Source: Carcharhinus amblyrhynchos
Lineage: Eukaryota
Direction of reading: 5' to 3'
NCBI GenBank assembly: GCA_965287045.1
Contig: OZ336897.1
Span: 5,890,001 to 5,954,000 of the forward strand
DNA length: 64,000 bases
Shown: positions 13,255 through 26,110 of the stretch, in pieces
Numbering within the stretch: position 1 is the stretch's first letter
Layout of the letters: the number at the start of each line of letters is the position of its first letter
The notes under the pieces: generated by a model
What the model was told of the DNA's origin: nothing
What the model saw: the letters and a program-made list of their open reading frames with translations, nothing else
The model's database searches: none
Translations under genes and position numbers: made by a program

Positions 13255-13697
13255 ATCATCATCGAGTCCCTACAGTTCAGGACGAGGCCATTCGGCCGAT
13301 CGAGTCTGCAGCGCCCCACTTGAAATCTGAATGTCCTTCTGTGTGTGCGCACTATTGCGAAGTATTCACACAATGAAAAGATTCATTGATAAGATTGTGG
13401 TGAATGATGTACCAGGTCGCTTGCTGGACTCGGGGATAAAGACCTCATTAAAGGACAAGGCGAGATCCCATCCCCATAACCCTGCTAGTCCTCCTGAGGG
13501 ACTCTAAGGGGCAATTTAGCACAGCCAATCAACCTAACCCGCACATCTTTGGACTGTGGGACGAAACCGGGGCATCCGGAGGAAACTCACGCAGTTACGA
13601 GGAGAACGTGCAAACTCCACACAGTGACCCAAGCCGAAATCCAACCCGGGTCCCTGGCGCAGTGAGATAGCAGTGCTAACCACTGTGCCACCGTGCT
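13255..13697 (-). mobile_element. HE1 SINE containing a captured local segment
   Basis: HE1 tail 13255-13311, foreign insert 13312-13467, V-domain and head ending CAGTGCTAACCACTGTGCCACCGTGC. Confidence 0.9.
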
Positions 13698-14029
13698 GAA
13701 AAACACTTTAATTGACCTAACCCTTGATATGAATATGTAGTACGAGATCGAGCCAAGCGGTGAACTCTGGGCTGCTCACTTGGCGTCCACTGCGTTTAAT
13801 CCTGCCATTTAAAACACATTTGTTTTCCTGGGGAGATCTCCTGTAATATCCAACCGTGAATAGGCACAAATCTGATCAAGCAAACTGATCTGAGAGGAGT
13901 TCAAAGTCTTAGCCTAAAGTGAGATTTGGGGAGAAAGGAAGAGAAACTCACACGTGGGAAAGTGAACCAAATCAGTTTGCCCACAGGACCTAACGTATCC
14001 ATTCGCCACAAGGAATGTTGAAACTTGCA

Positions 14030-14440
14030 TTGAAATGCAATGAAACGCTGGTCCCTGGGAATACTTTCGCTCTACAATTGTCACAGTTCAAAGGGCCATG
14101 TGTGTGTGGTTTTGGCAGGAAGTGATGCCAGTGCAGAAGCGTGTACAGTTTGGAAGGTTCAGAAAGAGAGTGAGCGATCGTTTGAGTATCTCCTGTGGGA
14201 TGTGTTCTGCCACATCCCATTTCAGTAGTTCATTTACAGCATTGATGCTGGCTTTGGCTTGTTTGCTAATTGTGCTCCTTGCTGTAGAGCGACTGACTCC
14301 CGTTTAACCTACACCGTGGAATGCACTTTATGTTGCAAAAGTGGCGTTTCTGAAGACTGGCTTTATTAGCATTATTTATGAAAGGTTCAGAATTTACAAT
14401 CTAGGTTTTATTTTGTGTGAAATCTGTGGCATATTATTGG
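14030..14440. promoter_or_regulatory. Candidate conserved non-coding element/enhancer
   Basis: Unique TE-free block with ETS-like CAGGAAGT, Sox-like ACAATTGT, TTTATGA and a 9-bp stem TGGGATGTG/CACATCCCA; conservation not tested. Confidence 0.3.
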
Positions 14441-14689
14441 AATGAATAAATGTAACCCAAATTGGAAGAGCTTGCAGCAATGGATCTTAATTCATGAAAT
14501 ATTGGAAAGCTGTGCACTTTGTGTGTGTGAGTGAGTGTGAGGAGGCGGGTATAAAGAAATTTGTACTCACGATACCGGCCACCAAATTAAATTGTTTAAA
14601 AGTTGAAATAACATGAATACGAAATACAAACCGTCAACAAAACTAACGTTTTCTTTCCCACCTTGGATCTCCAAGTGAAATCCACGGAA

Positions 14690-15185
14690 TTGTATAAAAA
14701 AACACACAAGATGATGCCATTCGGTCCATTATGTCTGTACCAGCTCTTTGCGAGAGTAACGAAAAAGCACCCTCGCAGCCTCGACATCTCACCATATCCC
14801 CAAATTTTTTTCTTAGATTTCGTATATTTATCCATTTTTTTCTCTCTCAAAGTGCAATGGTTTCCCTTTCGACTGTGGCAAAGAATTATAAATTCCATCA
14901 ACGTTCTCCATAAATAATTATTCCTTAACCCCTCTATTCACATTTTTAACGACAACCCAACTGGGGTACATAGCCGTTCTTCTCATCTTCCTCTCAAGCC
15001 CTTCAGAATTAAAGAAACTGAGTTAAATCTCCTTGCCCCAGTGAAACCAGACTATGTTTCCAACTTCTCAGATGTCTCCTCACACCTACAGTTTATTATT
15101 CCTGGCATCACCCTGTTGAAACAATACTGTTCACTATTTCTTAAATGTAATTTCTGTATTTAGCACCAGACCCGCAATACAGTGA
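14690..15185 (-). mobile_element. Degenerate CR1 3' fragment
   Basis: GCCATTCGGTCCAT tail motif with decayed body. Confidence 0.5.
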
Positions 15186-16566
15186 AAACAAGTATAAAAA
15201 CAATGGATAGAGTTTACTCTTATATATTTATAAAATCATGGACTAATTATTTTGAAATTTGTATGACAATGTCCAATTGCCTCAAAAACAATGCGGGCAT
15301 AATAACCTGTTTCTGCTCTGTAAGTGCCATTAAATGATCCGTTAAACTATAATATTGTCGTGGAGTTCTCCCAACTTCTGTCTTTAGCTCCTAAGCGTGA
15401 TCTGTGGTGCCGGTGATGTTAACCCTATTGTTCTGGGCACGCGTACAGAGAAACCAAACAGCTCAAGTTAATCGCTGTCTTGGCATGTCTTCACAAGCTA
15501 TCATATTTTATTTTACAGGTTTCCCGAAGAGCTGTCCTAACTAAAGTTGAATTGGCTCATGACACCAGACTACAATGGGGACAGAGTGAGGACGAATACG
15601 TAAAGAATAAAAGAGCACAATGCAAGAAAGTTAAAGACCTGAAGCCTTGGAGAAAGATGGGATGTATTACTAGTCTTTGCGTTCTGGACTACTGGACATA
15701 GGCGAAGGCATTCCTTGCAGACTCATAGTACTGACATTTGTTCATAATGCTTACATTGGACATCAGACCAATGAACAAACGCTTTACGTTGGGGAAGAGC
15801 CTTGCCTTTCGGCCCATGTGTATTTTACTGTAATCGAATCAACAAGCTGTTTTTTCCCCCTCAATTGCTTACATCTCTGTTATTCCGCTCCCCCATCAGG
15901 ACCCTTGAGGTTCATATATAGACTCTGAATCAAATATATGTGTGTGTGTAAATCATGGCTGCTGTAGACGCGCTCGGTCAATAAGCACATCACAGTTCCA
16001 TGGCACGCAGGGAAAAGGAGGCGTCATCACGACAAAAACTGAAGTAAGAAGCAAATATTCCTAATGAGCTCAGCGAGGTCAAGTTGCTTTAAGTGGAGGA
16101 GGCGGTCGTGGATTGTTTTCGAACCCACCTACGTTTATTTGGTGGGAACATTTCAGAGCAGCCGTTGCTAAAATTCATATTTAATTTATATATATCTCAT
16201 TTTTAACATTTTCTGTAAACGTTTTACAATTTATTTTATATAAAAGAAAATGTATCTTTAACCTGCTGTAAATGTATATGTTGACATATTAGAAATTGCG
16301 TTTTGCAAGTTCCTAGTTTACATATTTTTCTGTACGCTTTCTATATTCTGCAGCGTTGCTCCTTGCTGGCGGAAGGGTTCAAACTGTAAAAAAAACTCCA
16401 TCCTTGAAGTTACAAAGCCAATGTTCAGAGTGGACTGCACTGTTCAAAATTCATTCTTTGCTTGCTCCAAAAAACAAATTCAGATTCTAATTGAATCCAG
16501 TTCATGGTTCCTACAAGAGATACAAACAGAATCCAAGCTGACGAGATGAGACATTGCACCCCATCT

Positions 16567-16599
16567 TACGCTTGATCTTAGCCAAAAGGCCGGTAAGCG
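16567..16599 (-). pseudogene. RNU2: U2 snRNA 5' fragment (nt 3-35)
   Basis: Minus strand CGCTTACCGGCCTTTTGGCTAAGATCAAGCGTA vs U2 CGCTTCTCGGCCTTTTGGCTAAGATCAAGTGTA: 30/33 identical; rest of U2 absent. Confidence 0.8.
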
Positions 16600-19500
16600 G
16601 CAGGGTGCTCCTCTTCACCCGCTCGTAACCTGTCCAGTGGCTCTCCCTCATGTGTAATGGAACAATTGGCTATTCCACTGTAAAGCGCCTCTAGCGTTGC
16701 ATCGGATTTGAAAAAAATGTTTATTTCCCCCTTTCCAACAGCACATCCTCACACCTCCGATTCCACACTGACTTGCAATTTGCTAACTGGAGAATCTGCC
16801 ATAAAGCAGCACAATACGGCAGCTTTAAAAAAATACTTTAAAATAACACAGCCCTTGATAAGTAAGAGCTTGATCATAAGGTTTGACTAAAGCAGATGAA
16901 AACGTGTGTTACACAATAAATAAATGTTAAATCAGTGTCAATCCTATACTTGCGAATAACCCAGTTTCAAATGACTCAAAATGACTGATATGCAGCACTA
17001 TTTTCTAGTTATATTGGTGAAAATTAATCTGTAAATTTAGTGGTCAACCTAACAATGAAACAAAGTTTCCCAAAACATGCCTATTAATATTCTTACACCG
17101 AAACAATCTAGTCTAACTTTGGAAGCCTTCCTAAGGACTTCCATTCAGCAGAAACACTCATTGGTGATTTGCTCGCGTGCTTGGATTTGTGGGTGGGTTC
17201 AGATTAAACACAATGTTTTTTTAACTGACAGAAAAGATTTGCAGAAATTCAAGTTGCGCTTTAAAAAAATCCCGTCATTTCCGCTGATAATACGCTAATT
17301 ATCGAGTGAAGAGTTCAAGTTCAAGTTTGAACAGGCTGTGAGGAGCACCAGAGTATGGACAAAATCCCCTCCTTAGGGTTAATTATCGGTGATCGGGAGG
17401 ATGAACTCTAGTAGTTTCCTCCCTACTCCTGTCCCCGAGATTGAGTGCAGAGCGCATGCCTTCCAAGAATTTCAGAGTGTGAGCCCATATTTCTGAACAA
17501 AAAAAATACATTTGCATTTACACAGAACCTTTCAGGATGTCCAATATGCTTTAAAATGCACACTTCTTGAGCAAATATCTCCACGGACTGAGATGCAACT
17601 TGTTCAGCTACTGTTGCCCTGAATGAAAGCTCACTCAACACTTTGAATGAATCAATCAAATCTGGAATCATTCTGCATCTGTATGGCTGATAAACATTGA
17701 GAAATAACTAAAATTGAGTTATCCAAGGGGACGGATTTTAAATTGAAATTATATACGGATTTCCCATTCCCACTCCCCTTCTAAAATAATCTTAGTCAAA
17801 TTTTGTATCCATTATAAATCGTCAACTGAAACACAGAGGCGACCATTACCTCTTTGGAATAGATAATGGCTTGGAAATGTTTTTTTAAATCTAATATAGA
17901 CCACCTAGTTGAATATGAGAAGGGACATTGTAACCTGTACAACAATAGACTTTATTTTTAATCCGGAAATTGCTCCTCAACGACGCTTCCACCTTTTCAT
18001 CTATGGTTTAATTGAATGACAGAGCAAGCTCAAGGGGCTGAATGGCCTACTCCTCCAATGTTTCTATGTTACCTCTTGAATGGCGCAATTAGAATACAGA
18101 GTATGAAACAATATCTGGAAAATACTATATTGAAATACCCTGATGGTTCTCCAGTGAGGCATGACATATTATCAGAATCTTTTGCGACTGCTTTCTACCT
18201 GAGATATATATATATACAGTAGAAGAAAGCGGGGTATGGAAGTGAACATTTGATACTTTGGTTAGGGACAATTCAAAATGTCAAACAAACTCAAGGGCCA
18301 GAGAACAGTGACGACAAGATATTATAATATGATGTTGTTTGGATTAAACCGTTCGAATCACAGTACAGGTGGATGTACCGATCTATTGTCTACAACTTCC
18401 AAGATTTTGAAATAATATGAATGCACAATCCATATTCGATCACGAATTTCTCCATTGGTAATCTGAAGGAACTTTTTTGATTAAGACAATAAATCCCTGT
18501 TTTACTACAATAAGTCTCCAATAAACTCTCATTTCTGGTGAACTTACTGGTTTCTTCCCGCCGTTATTTTTGGACACGGTTTAATGTATGTTTATTTCAG
18601 AAATAAATGCGTCAGAGATCGGCTTGCTGAGGACAGAAGAACTTGTCAATACATGAGGTTGAGTTCCATCAGCCCCATTGGCTATCAAGGAAGCCACTTG
18701 CAATTAGTGTCGAATGGTTAATTGAATTGTCAGTGTGGGTCAGTGAGGGGGGGCAGTGTCTGACTGGGAGACTCGTTCCTTCCACAATTATGTTAAAAAA
18801 AAGAACCGGAAATATGAATGTTTGGTATTCTGTTGAGTAAAGAAATGGCTTCGACTGTCTTAATTTTTCACAAGATCCTTTAGATTTGTCATGGTTTTCT
18901 TCAATTCACTTTCTTTCAATATTAAAGAAAACAAATATTGCAGTTATAAATATGTAATTTTTGTTCTTGCACAGAATTGCCCCCAGCACGTAAGTCCTGA
19001 CTATTGGAAGCTTCGTAGAAGATTGATTCAACATCAAAGCGAGTCACCGCCCACTCTTATTATTTTATTAATATACTGTAATAGCAATGGTCAATTCGTC
19101 AATAATAGTTGTTTCGTTGGGGTGAAATATAAGTATTTCTATCTACTGATCACATGGACATTTATGCTATTAGTTATTCACCATAACACAGGACTAAAAG
19201 TACGTATGAATCATATCGATTGTATTATTCTCACAGAACTAAAACAGGTTCAGACTTTATATGAAGAGATTTGGTTAAATATTTTTCAGCTTAGTTCATT
19301 TTCCAGTCTCAATCTTTCAACCACATTTTTTTGTGGTGTTCCAGTCCCCCGCAGTAATATTTACTTCAAGGATGGGCCATGGTTGAGCAATATACAGAAT
19401 ATCAACTGATTCTAGATTGTTCGAGGATCATTGTTCCTCAGGCCAAGAGTCTGTGACTCCAGTTGTTTTGGTTTAAACATAATTAGATGTGTTACTTGTG

Positions 19501-19919
19501 AAATAAAACGACACACGAGCCTTTCACTTTCTCCCCTTGCCTGCATGTTGGGGGCTCGCTTTTGAATGACACACGCTTAATATTCACTCTTTTGCTTATT
19601 GGAGCCCCACCTTCCTTTAGTTTGGATCCTTTTCTATTTTCTAACTGAAGTACATTCTCAGCCGCAGTCACGTAACAGCAGTGACACAGAAACAAAGGTT
19701 TATCATAAATTGTTTTGTCAAACTGAATGTGTTTAAATATAAAATTAATTTTCATTTTTAAGAGTCCACTTCATCAACCCGGTTTGCTAAAATTACGCGT
19801 TGATGCTAAATGTGTCAAGTGTCAGGTTCTGCCATTGCGCAGGATAAACGACAAGCGGCAGAAGTGTTGGCATGATCGTAACTGGTAACATCTGGGGAGA
19901 ACCTGAACACCTGTAATCT

Positions 19920-20116
19920 CAGTAAAAAGTCTGACAACACCAGGTTTTAGTCCAACCTATTTATTTGATAATATACTCACTAGCTTTCGGGGTGACGAAG
20001 GGGGTAACCCCGAAAGCTAGTGAGTATATTATCAAATAAATAGGTTGGACTAAAACCTGGTGTTGTCAGACTTTTTACTGTGTTTACGCCAGTCCAACGC
20101 CGGCATACCCACATCA
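19920..20116 (+). mobile_element. Penelope-like terminal insertion with inverted 5' arm (74-bp perfect hairpin) and 12-bp TSD
   Basis: Arms 19920-19993 and 20007-20080 are exact reverse complements; CACCTGTAATCT at 19908-19919 and 20115-20126. Confidence 0.9.
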
Positions 20117-20859
20117 CCTGTAATCTAGCAGGGCAGGCTACAGGGTGAGGGCTCTTCGTTTCAATTGGCAGTGTCCATTGTGGGGTGATCCATCAGACAA
20201 CGTCCAGTTACAACCGTTTATAGAAAATAGGTAGAATAATCATTATGGTTACACCTTATAGCTAGGAACCCAAACAAATGATAATTGAACATACATTGCC
20301 ATGCAGGGTGTCTCGTATTTACCAATAGGTCATGGTATTTAATTTCCCAAGTAGATAAAGATATTAAATGAATAACCTAGAGAATTGCATTATTTTATTT
20401 CGTTTGTGGCGACCTCTTTGTTAGATCTGGAAGATTAATGTTGGGATTTGGTACCATGTATTGTAAACTAATAGACTGTGGCCGCAACGCATAAGCTTCT
20501 TGAAGCCAGAATAGCGCCTCGGAGAAACGCAGCCATTTCGGATTAGGGATGTTGCTGGGTCAAAGTGACATTTTTGGGTAGGGGTTGGTGGAGAAATGGT
20601 TCACTCCCTCCAGTGGGAGGGAGGTGTATTAACTTATGTTTGTTTAATTTCGTCTATAATGATTTTCACAACCCGGAAGCTCACTCATCGAACCTGTCAA
20701 ACGTTGAACAGTCCAAGGCCACTGTGCCCGGCTTAGCTCGCCTTGCACAACACTCAGCAACCTATGTACACTCAGAGCATATTGCCTAACACTGAAAAAC
20801 TCAAGGACACTCAGCCTATCCCATGTGACAACACAGAATAACTCATGGATACCTAAAAC

Positions 20860-21735
20860 CAGGCCACCCCATGCAACATGGAACTGTCCTTAAACACCTA
20901 GCCCTCCCTGTACAATGTAGAGCTGTCCTTAGATACCTACCCCACACTGTACAACACAGAATTGTCCTTGAACACGAAGACTACTCTGTACAACACAGAA
21001 TTGTCCTTGGACACCTAAAGCACCCTACAACATGGAACTGTCTTTGAACACTTAAACTATCCTGTACAACGTAGAGCTGTCTTTGGATACTTATCCCACC
21101 ATGTACAACACAGGATTGTCCTTGAACACCCACTCCACCCTCCAACATGGAATTGTTCTTGGACAGCAAACCCACCCTGAACAATGTAGAGCTGTCCTTA
21201 GATACCTACCCCACACTGTACAATACAGAATTGTCCTTGAACACGAAGACTACTCTATACAACACAGAATTGTTCTTATTATCTAGACCACCCTACAACG
21301 TGGAACTGTCCTTGAACACCTAAACTACCTTGTACGACATTTTTCAATGTCTTTAGATATCTTAGATTCAACGTCTTTAGATACCTTAGATGCCTACCTC
21401 ACACTGTACAACACAGAATTGTCTTTGAGCGTGAAGATTACCCTGTACAACACAATATTGTCTTTGAACACCTACCCCACCCTACAATATGGAATTGTCT
21501 TTGGACACCGAGCCCACCCTGTACAACACAGAATTGTCCTTGGACACCTAGCTCACCCTGTACAACACAGAATTGTCTTTGGACGCTTAGACCACTCGGT
21601 ACGCAATAGAGCTGTCTTTAGATACCTACCGCACCCTAAACAACATAGGATTGTGCATGAACACCGAGCCCACTCTGTACAACATGGAATTGTCCTTGGA
21701 CACCTATCCTATTCTGTGCAACACCGAATAGCTCA
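20860..21735. repeat. ~39-bp minisatellite, about 22 units, with 269-bp higher-order duplication
   Basis: Unit like CTGTACAACACAGAATTGTCCTTGGACACCTAnnnnnnn; block at 20912 recurs at 21181. Confidence 0.95.
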
Positions 21736-23117
21736 TTACAGTTCTTAATAGATTTATTTGCTCGTAAACCTCGGTAGCGTTTATGTATTTGAGTTCATCG
21801 CAAAGGTTACAAACATTCACTACCTTTAAGCATTAAAGGGCAATGAACGTATGTAATATCTCCTCTTTGTCTGATCCAGATGAAGTTCACTTATGTCCTT
21901 CATTATCAAAGGATTTAAACTATTACATTCAAACATACAGTTTCAAACATCTCTTTTTTTGCGTTGATAGTTGGATTGACATTTGGAACTCCCCAGTACA
22001 GTAATACCCCATGTTCAGCTAGCTGAGCAGAGCTCCAATCTCTCACAATCCTGAATCTGAGTACACTTGAGTGTTGGTAACTTTGGATGATGTTTTTTCG
22101 CCAAGGAGATAATAGAGCAAAAGGAGCAGGACCATGAAGAAAATGCAAAGAAGGAAAGATGAAACTGGAAGAGTCGTTGCAATAGTTGTATTTACAAAGC
22201 TTAAGATATTTAACTGATGATGGATCGGAAACTCGAATCTATTTCTAAGAAGTTAAAAAGGCACCTTGTTTTTATAATTTTCTCCCAGTACCCATTTAAC
22301 AGTGATGTGAACTTCTTGGAATCGAAATACTTAGTGCAATATCGGCTAAGTAATCAAATATTTGCAAATGCGAAACTTTTTATAGCAGCAGTTACTTGGA
22401 TACTCGATAAATTCCACAGCTTCCGGCCCGATAAAGGGTTAACTTAGTCACCTTTGGTGGTTCCGAGCAGCGGTTTGTATCACACGGTGCGAACAATGGT
22501 GTCTCACTTACACCAAATTCCGAGATGATTGGGGTGAAAAGTTCGCCATAACAAGCTCCAGGGCAGGGAACTCGAGGCTTAGAATATTTTACAGCAAATT
22601 ACAACTTCATTTGACATACACGATTTATTACTGACTCAGGGTTCGGGGTAACGTCCTCGAGCTAAATATCTTGGGCAGAACTTCGCTTTTGGCCATACAA
22701 ATGAAACTTTCTTGATGACAACCCAATATTTTCAAGGGAAAGGATAAATGTAAAGAAAATATCAGTTCGCAATACAAATGGCCTCGCGTGAGAATCCAGC
22801 TGAAGAATTAAATCACCTGAAACATGAACTATTGGCTAAAATATTCCTGGAATTAGAGGCGTCCCGTCCCCACTCCGAGCCTCATGCAGAAGTTATTTTT
22901 CTAACCAATCCTGCTGAGACCTTGGTCGCCGTCTACGGTTCAATTCCTACTTCTATTCGATCCATATCGTCATCAAACGTCCGCTTTGAAACATCTGAAT
23001 CAGAACAAAGTTTCATTTTATAGATAAGAAATCAAACCAGTTGATGAATTTAACAGTGACGTTGGTAATTTATCCTCACTTTACTACTCCTTTATTGCCA
23101 CTCATGCACTCTTTCTG

Positions 23118-23407
23118 GGGCGGCATGGTGGCACAGTGTGTAGCACTGCCTCCTCACAGCGTCTGTTTCAATTCCGGCCTTAGGTAACTATGTGGAGTTT
23201 GTATGTTCTCCCCCTGTCTGCGTGGGTTTCCTCCGAGTGCTCCGGTTTCCTCCCACAAGTTCAAAAATGTGCAGGTTAGAAGCTAAATAGTCCCTTACTG
23301 TCCCAAGATATGTAGGTTAATGGGGTTACAGGGATAGCTCTCTGTTGGTGAGTCGGTGCAGACTTAATGGGCCGAATGGCCTCCTTCTGCACTGTAGGGG
23401 TTTATGA
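23118..23407 (+). mobile_element. HE1 SINE
   Basis: GGGCGGCATGGTGGCACAGTG head, V-domain, tail GGGCCGAATGGCCTCCTTCTGCACTGTAGG. Confidence 0.9.
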
Positions 23408-24351
23408 ACACTAATTCAATGAGGATGTTTCGTGTCTCGCTTTTAAATTTTCTTGGTAGTCTTTAAGCCATTCATAACTACGTAAGATTACCACATAATT
23501 GTACAGAAATCATAGATAACAAAGCACACTTACTTGCCCTATAGAACAAGTGCAGTATTTTTGTCTATATACGAATATACATTTCTGCGCATAATTATCA
23601 TAGAAATGTCCATATATGAATACCTACACAGAAATAAACCATAATTCCATGTAATTGACATATATAATTAAATAGCTTTAGGTACATACAAGTTTTGTTT
23701 TTACAAGTCACAATGTCTTCCTGGAGTGTATTTACATATTGCTGACTTCTCACCAAATATTACAAATACATGAGTGGTTAGTTATAAATCACAGCCTACT
23801 CCCTGGCGAAGAAACACCAGGATCAAAGCACAACCCAGGCACTGTGGTCAGAAGTTTTTTTTAATTTCTCTCCGTAATGTCCATAGCCCCTCATTTGATT
23901 CGGAGTCTAGTTAAAAAATTTCCCTTCTGAGTCCCAGGTTTGATCGATTTCAACAGGGATGAGGAATGGGAGGAACGGAAAGGAAATGGATCACAAAGAT
24001 TAGCATATGCATATGAGATGTAAGCAGATTTGGTTTTTCCTTGATGTACCGACCGGAGGAAAGCGGAAAGGAAACGTGCAAAATACACCGTGTTTATCTA
24101 ACTGGTCAAATGTGATTGGAGATGTGAGGGAGGATGGCGAGCTGGTTAAACATAAGAAGTACTGTAAGTTTCACAGCAACTTTGTGTCAAGTCCTTGAAC
24201 GTTAGAATGAACATGCCAACGCAGGTGAATGGAAGTGGAAACAACTATTGGATCAACTCTTACACAACATACTGACCGCAGTGTTTTAGCTGTCAAGGCC
24301 CTAGACTCAAGATTCTCCTTAAGACCTACACCTGACCAAGATTTTGGTCAT

Positions 24352-24780
24352 GCGAACATACGAATTAAGAGCTGCCACTCGACCCCTTTCCGTCGTTCAA
24401 TAGGATAATGACTGATCTGATTGAACCTGAACCCCACATTCCCAACCACTGCCGATAGCCTTCCACCCCCTTGTTAATCAGGAACTCATCCAGCCCGGCC
24501 TTAAAAATATTCAAAGACTCTGCTCCCACTGAGGAAGAGAGTTCCAGAGACTCACAACCCTCTGAGAATAAAAAAAATCTCTTTTAAATGGGTGCCTCTT
24601 TATCTTTATACAGTGACCCATTAGTTCCAGATTCTCCAACAAGAGGAAACATCCTCTGCACATCCACCCAGTCAAGACCCCTCAGGATCTTAAAATGTTT
24701 CATCAAGTTGCCTCTGATCCCTCCAAATTCTAATGGATAGGGACCTAAATTCTGCAGCCTTTCCTCGTAAGACACCCACC
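24352..24780 (-). mobile_element. CR1/HER1 LINE 3' fragment
   Basis: ORF 24584-24775 (SYEERLQNLG..LEF..IRGNL...FKILRGLD.VDVQRMFPLVGES) is a CR1 ORF2 C-terminus. Confidence 0.9.
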
Positions 24781-25539
24781 AATTTCTGATATTAAGTCAT
24801 CTGTCCTAATATTTCCTTATTGATTTGATGTCATATTGTGTTTGCAAAAAATATATTGGAGTAACGGCGCTATACAAAATAGAAATACAGAATTGGAGGA
24901 GGCCATTCAGCCCATCGAACTTGTTACTGCATTCAATGAGATGGTGGTTGCTTTGTGCCTTGCTCCAACCACCTGAACAAGTTACAATTGCTCTTTGTGG
25001 GTCGCACAGGAGATAAAGCCAACATAATTCTTTTAGATAGGGAAGAGAAGATTTAGCAAGTGATATGGCTGGGATGGGAAGGTTGAGGATTTTTTATCCA
25101 GGAAGTTTTCATTTCCACTGGATGTCCAAGAGCTGGAAGTAGTTGTCAGAAAGGGAGGTTAAAGGCAGAATACTGGACCTATTTAACAAACAACTGGATG
25201 CCACAATGGCAAGCTAGCAGGCTGACCCTGGCTCATTGAGGAACAGCAGCAGCAAATGGGCTGAACGGCCGTCCACACTGAAACTTCAGTCCCATATTAA
25301 GGTCCATCCCCAATTTCCCCCTCAGTTTGTGGGCTTAACCGGGTCTGCAATTAAATTGCGATTAACTGTAACCAGTTTATTTCTTCACCGAACTGACTCC
25401 GACCACATTGATCGATTCTGGAACGGGTGAATTTAAATATCCGTCAGACACACGCTTATTGTGGGAAAAAATGAAAATTGTTTTTTTTTGTCTGAATTTT
25501 CTTTGAATCCAGTTTGGGCTGGTGGGGACGTGAAGACTG

Positions 25540-26110
25540 GAAAGTTTTTTCTCTAAGTAACGCACGGGGCTTTTGAGAAACAACATGAAAAAAGCTGACT
25601 ACAAAGGCCTTTTTATTTAAATTTGTTTTGAATTTAGCGGATTTGCATGAAAACTGCATGAAATGACCTCATCGGCAGCTGCTATTAGCTGTTTAATTAA
25701 CTCACGAATGACAGGAGGAGACGGAAGACGTGCTTGGAATCCTATTAGCGCTTCTTTCACACACTCAGACACAGGTTCACACACACACACACACACAGAA
25801 ACAGTGTGTGCGAGCCAGTGAGGCACTCAGCACCAACCAGTTTGCACACACAAGACCAGAGTGAGAGAGACAGACTCAATCTACCTACTCAGAAATTTCA
25901 CTCCCTCTTCTAAGGTTGGGCTTCACACACTTGGCAAATGTTCGGCCTTTTCTCTTGAAGTTGTCCACTTTTAAGTGACACTTCGAAATCAGTTAAATAC
26001 TCATGCTTTTGTGGAAAAGTTCACCAAAGATTCGTAAAACTCTTTTTTGTGTGTATCAGAACGCTACCTCCCAATGTTTGACCTTACCTGGGGAAAAAAA
26101 ACTCATCTGA
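25540..26110. promoter_or_regulatory. Promoter/first-exon-like unique segment
   Basis: Octamer ATTTGCAT (25641-25648), CAGCTG, TTAATTAA, then CA/GA-rich UTR-like sequence; CpG-retaining and TE-free; no ORF. Confidence 0.35.

Noticed and set aside
15519-15600. Plus-strand exon-like segment after TTTTATTTTACAG
   Set aside because: Two frames have stops, the third has no recognisable homology, and the donor is ambiguous
18891-19409. Longest ORF in the window (172 aa)
   Set aside because: AT-rich composition, no recognisable domain; consistent with a chance ORF
20860-21735. CRISPR-like repeat/spacer appearance and 13-aa repeat ORFs
   Set aside because: Units are contiguous and degenerate with no unique spacers, no cas genes and a eukaryotic context; the ORFs result from the 39-bp period
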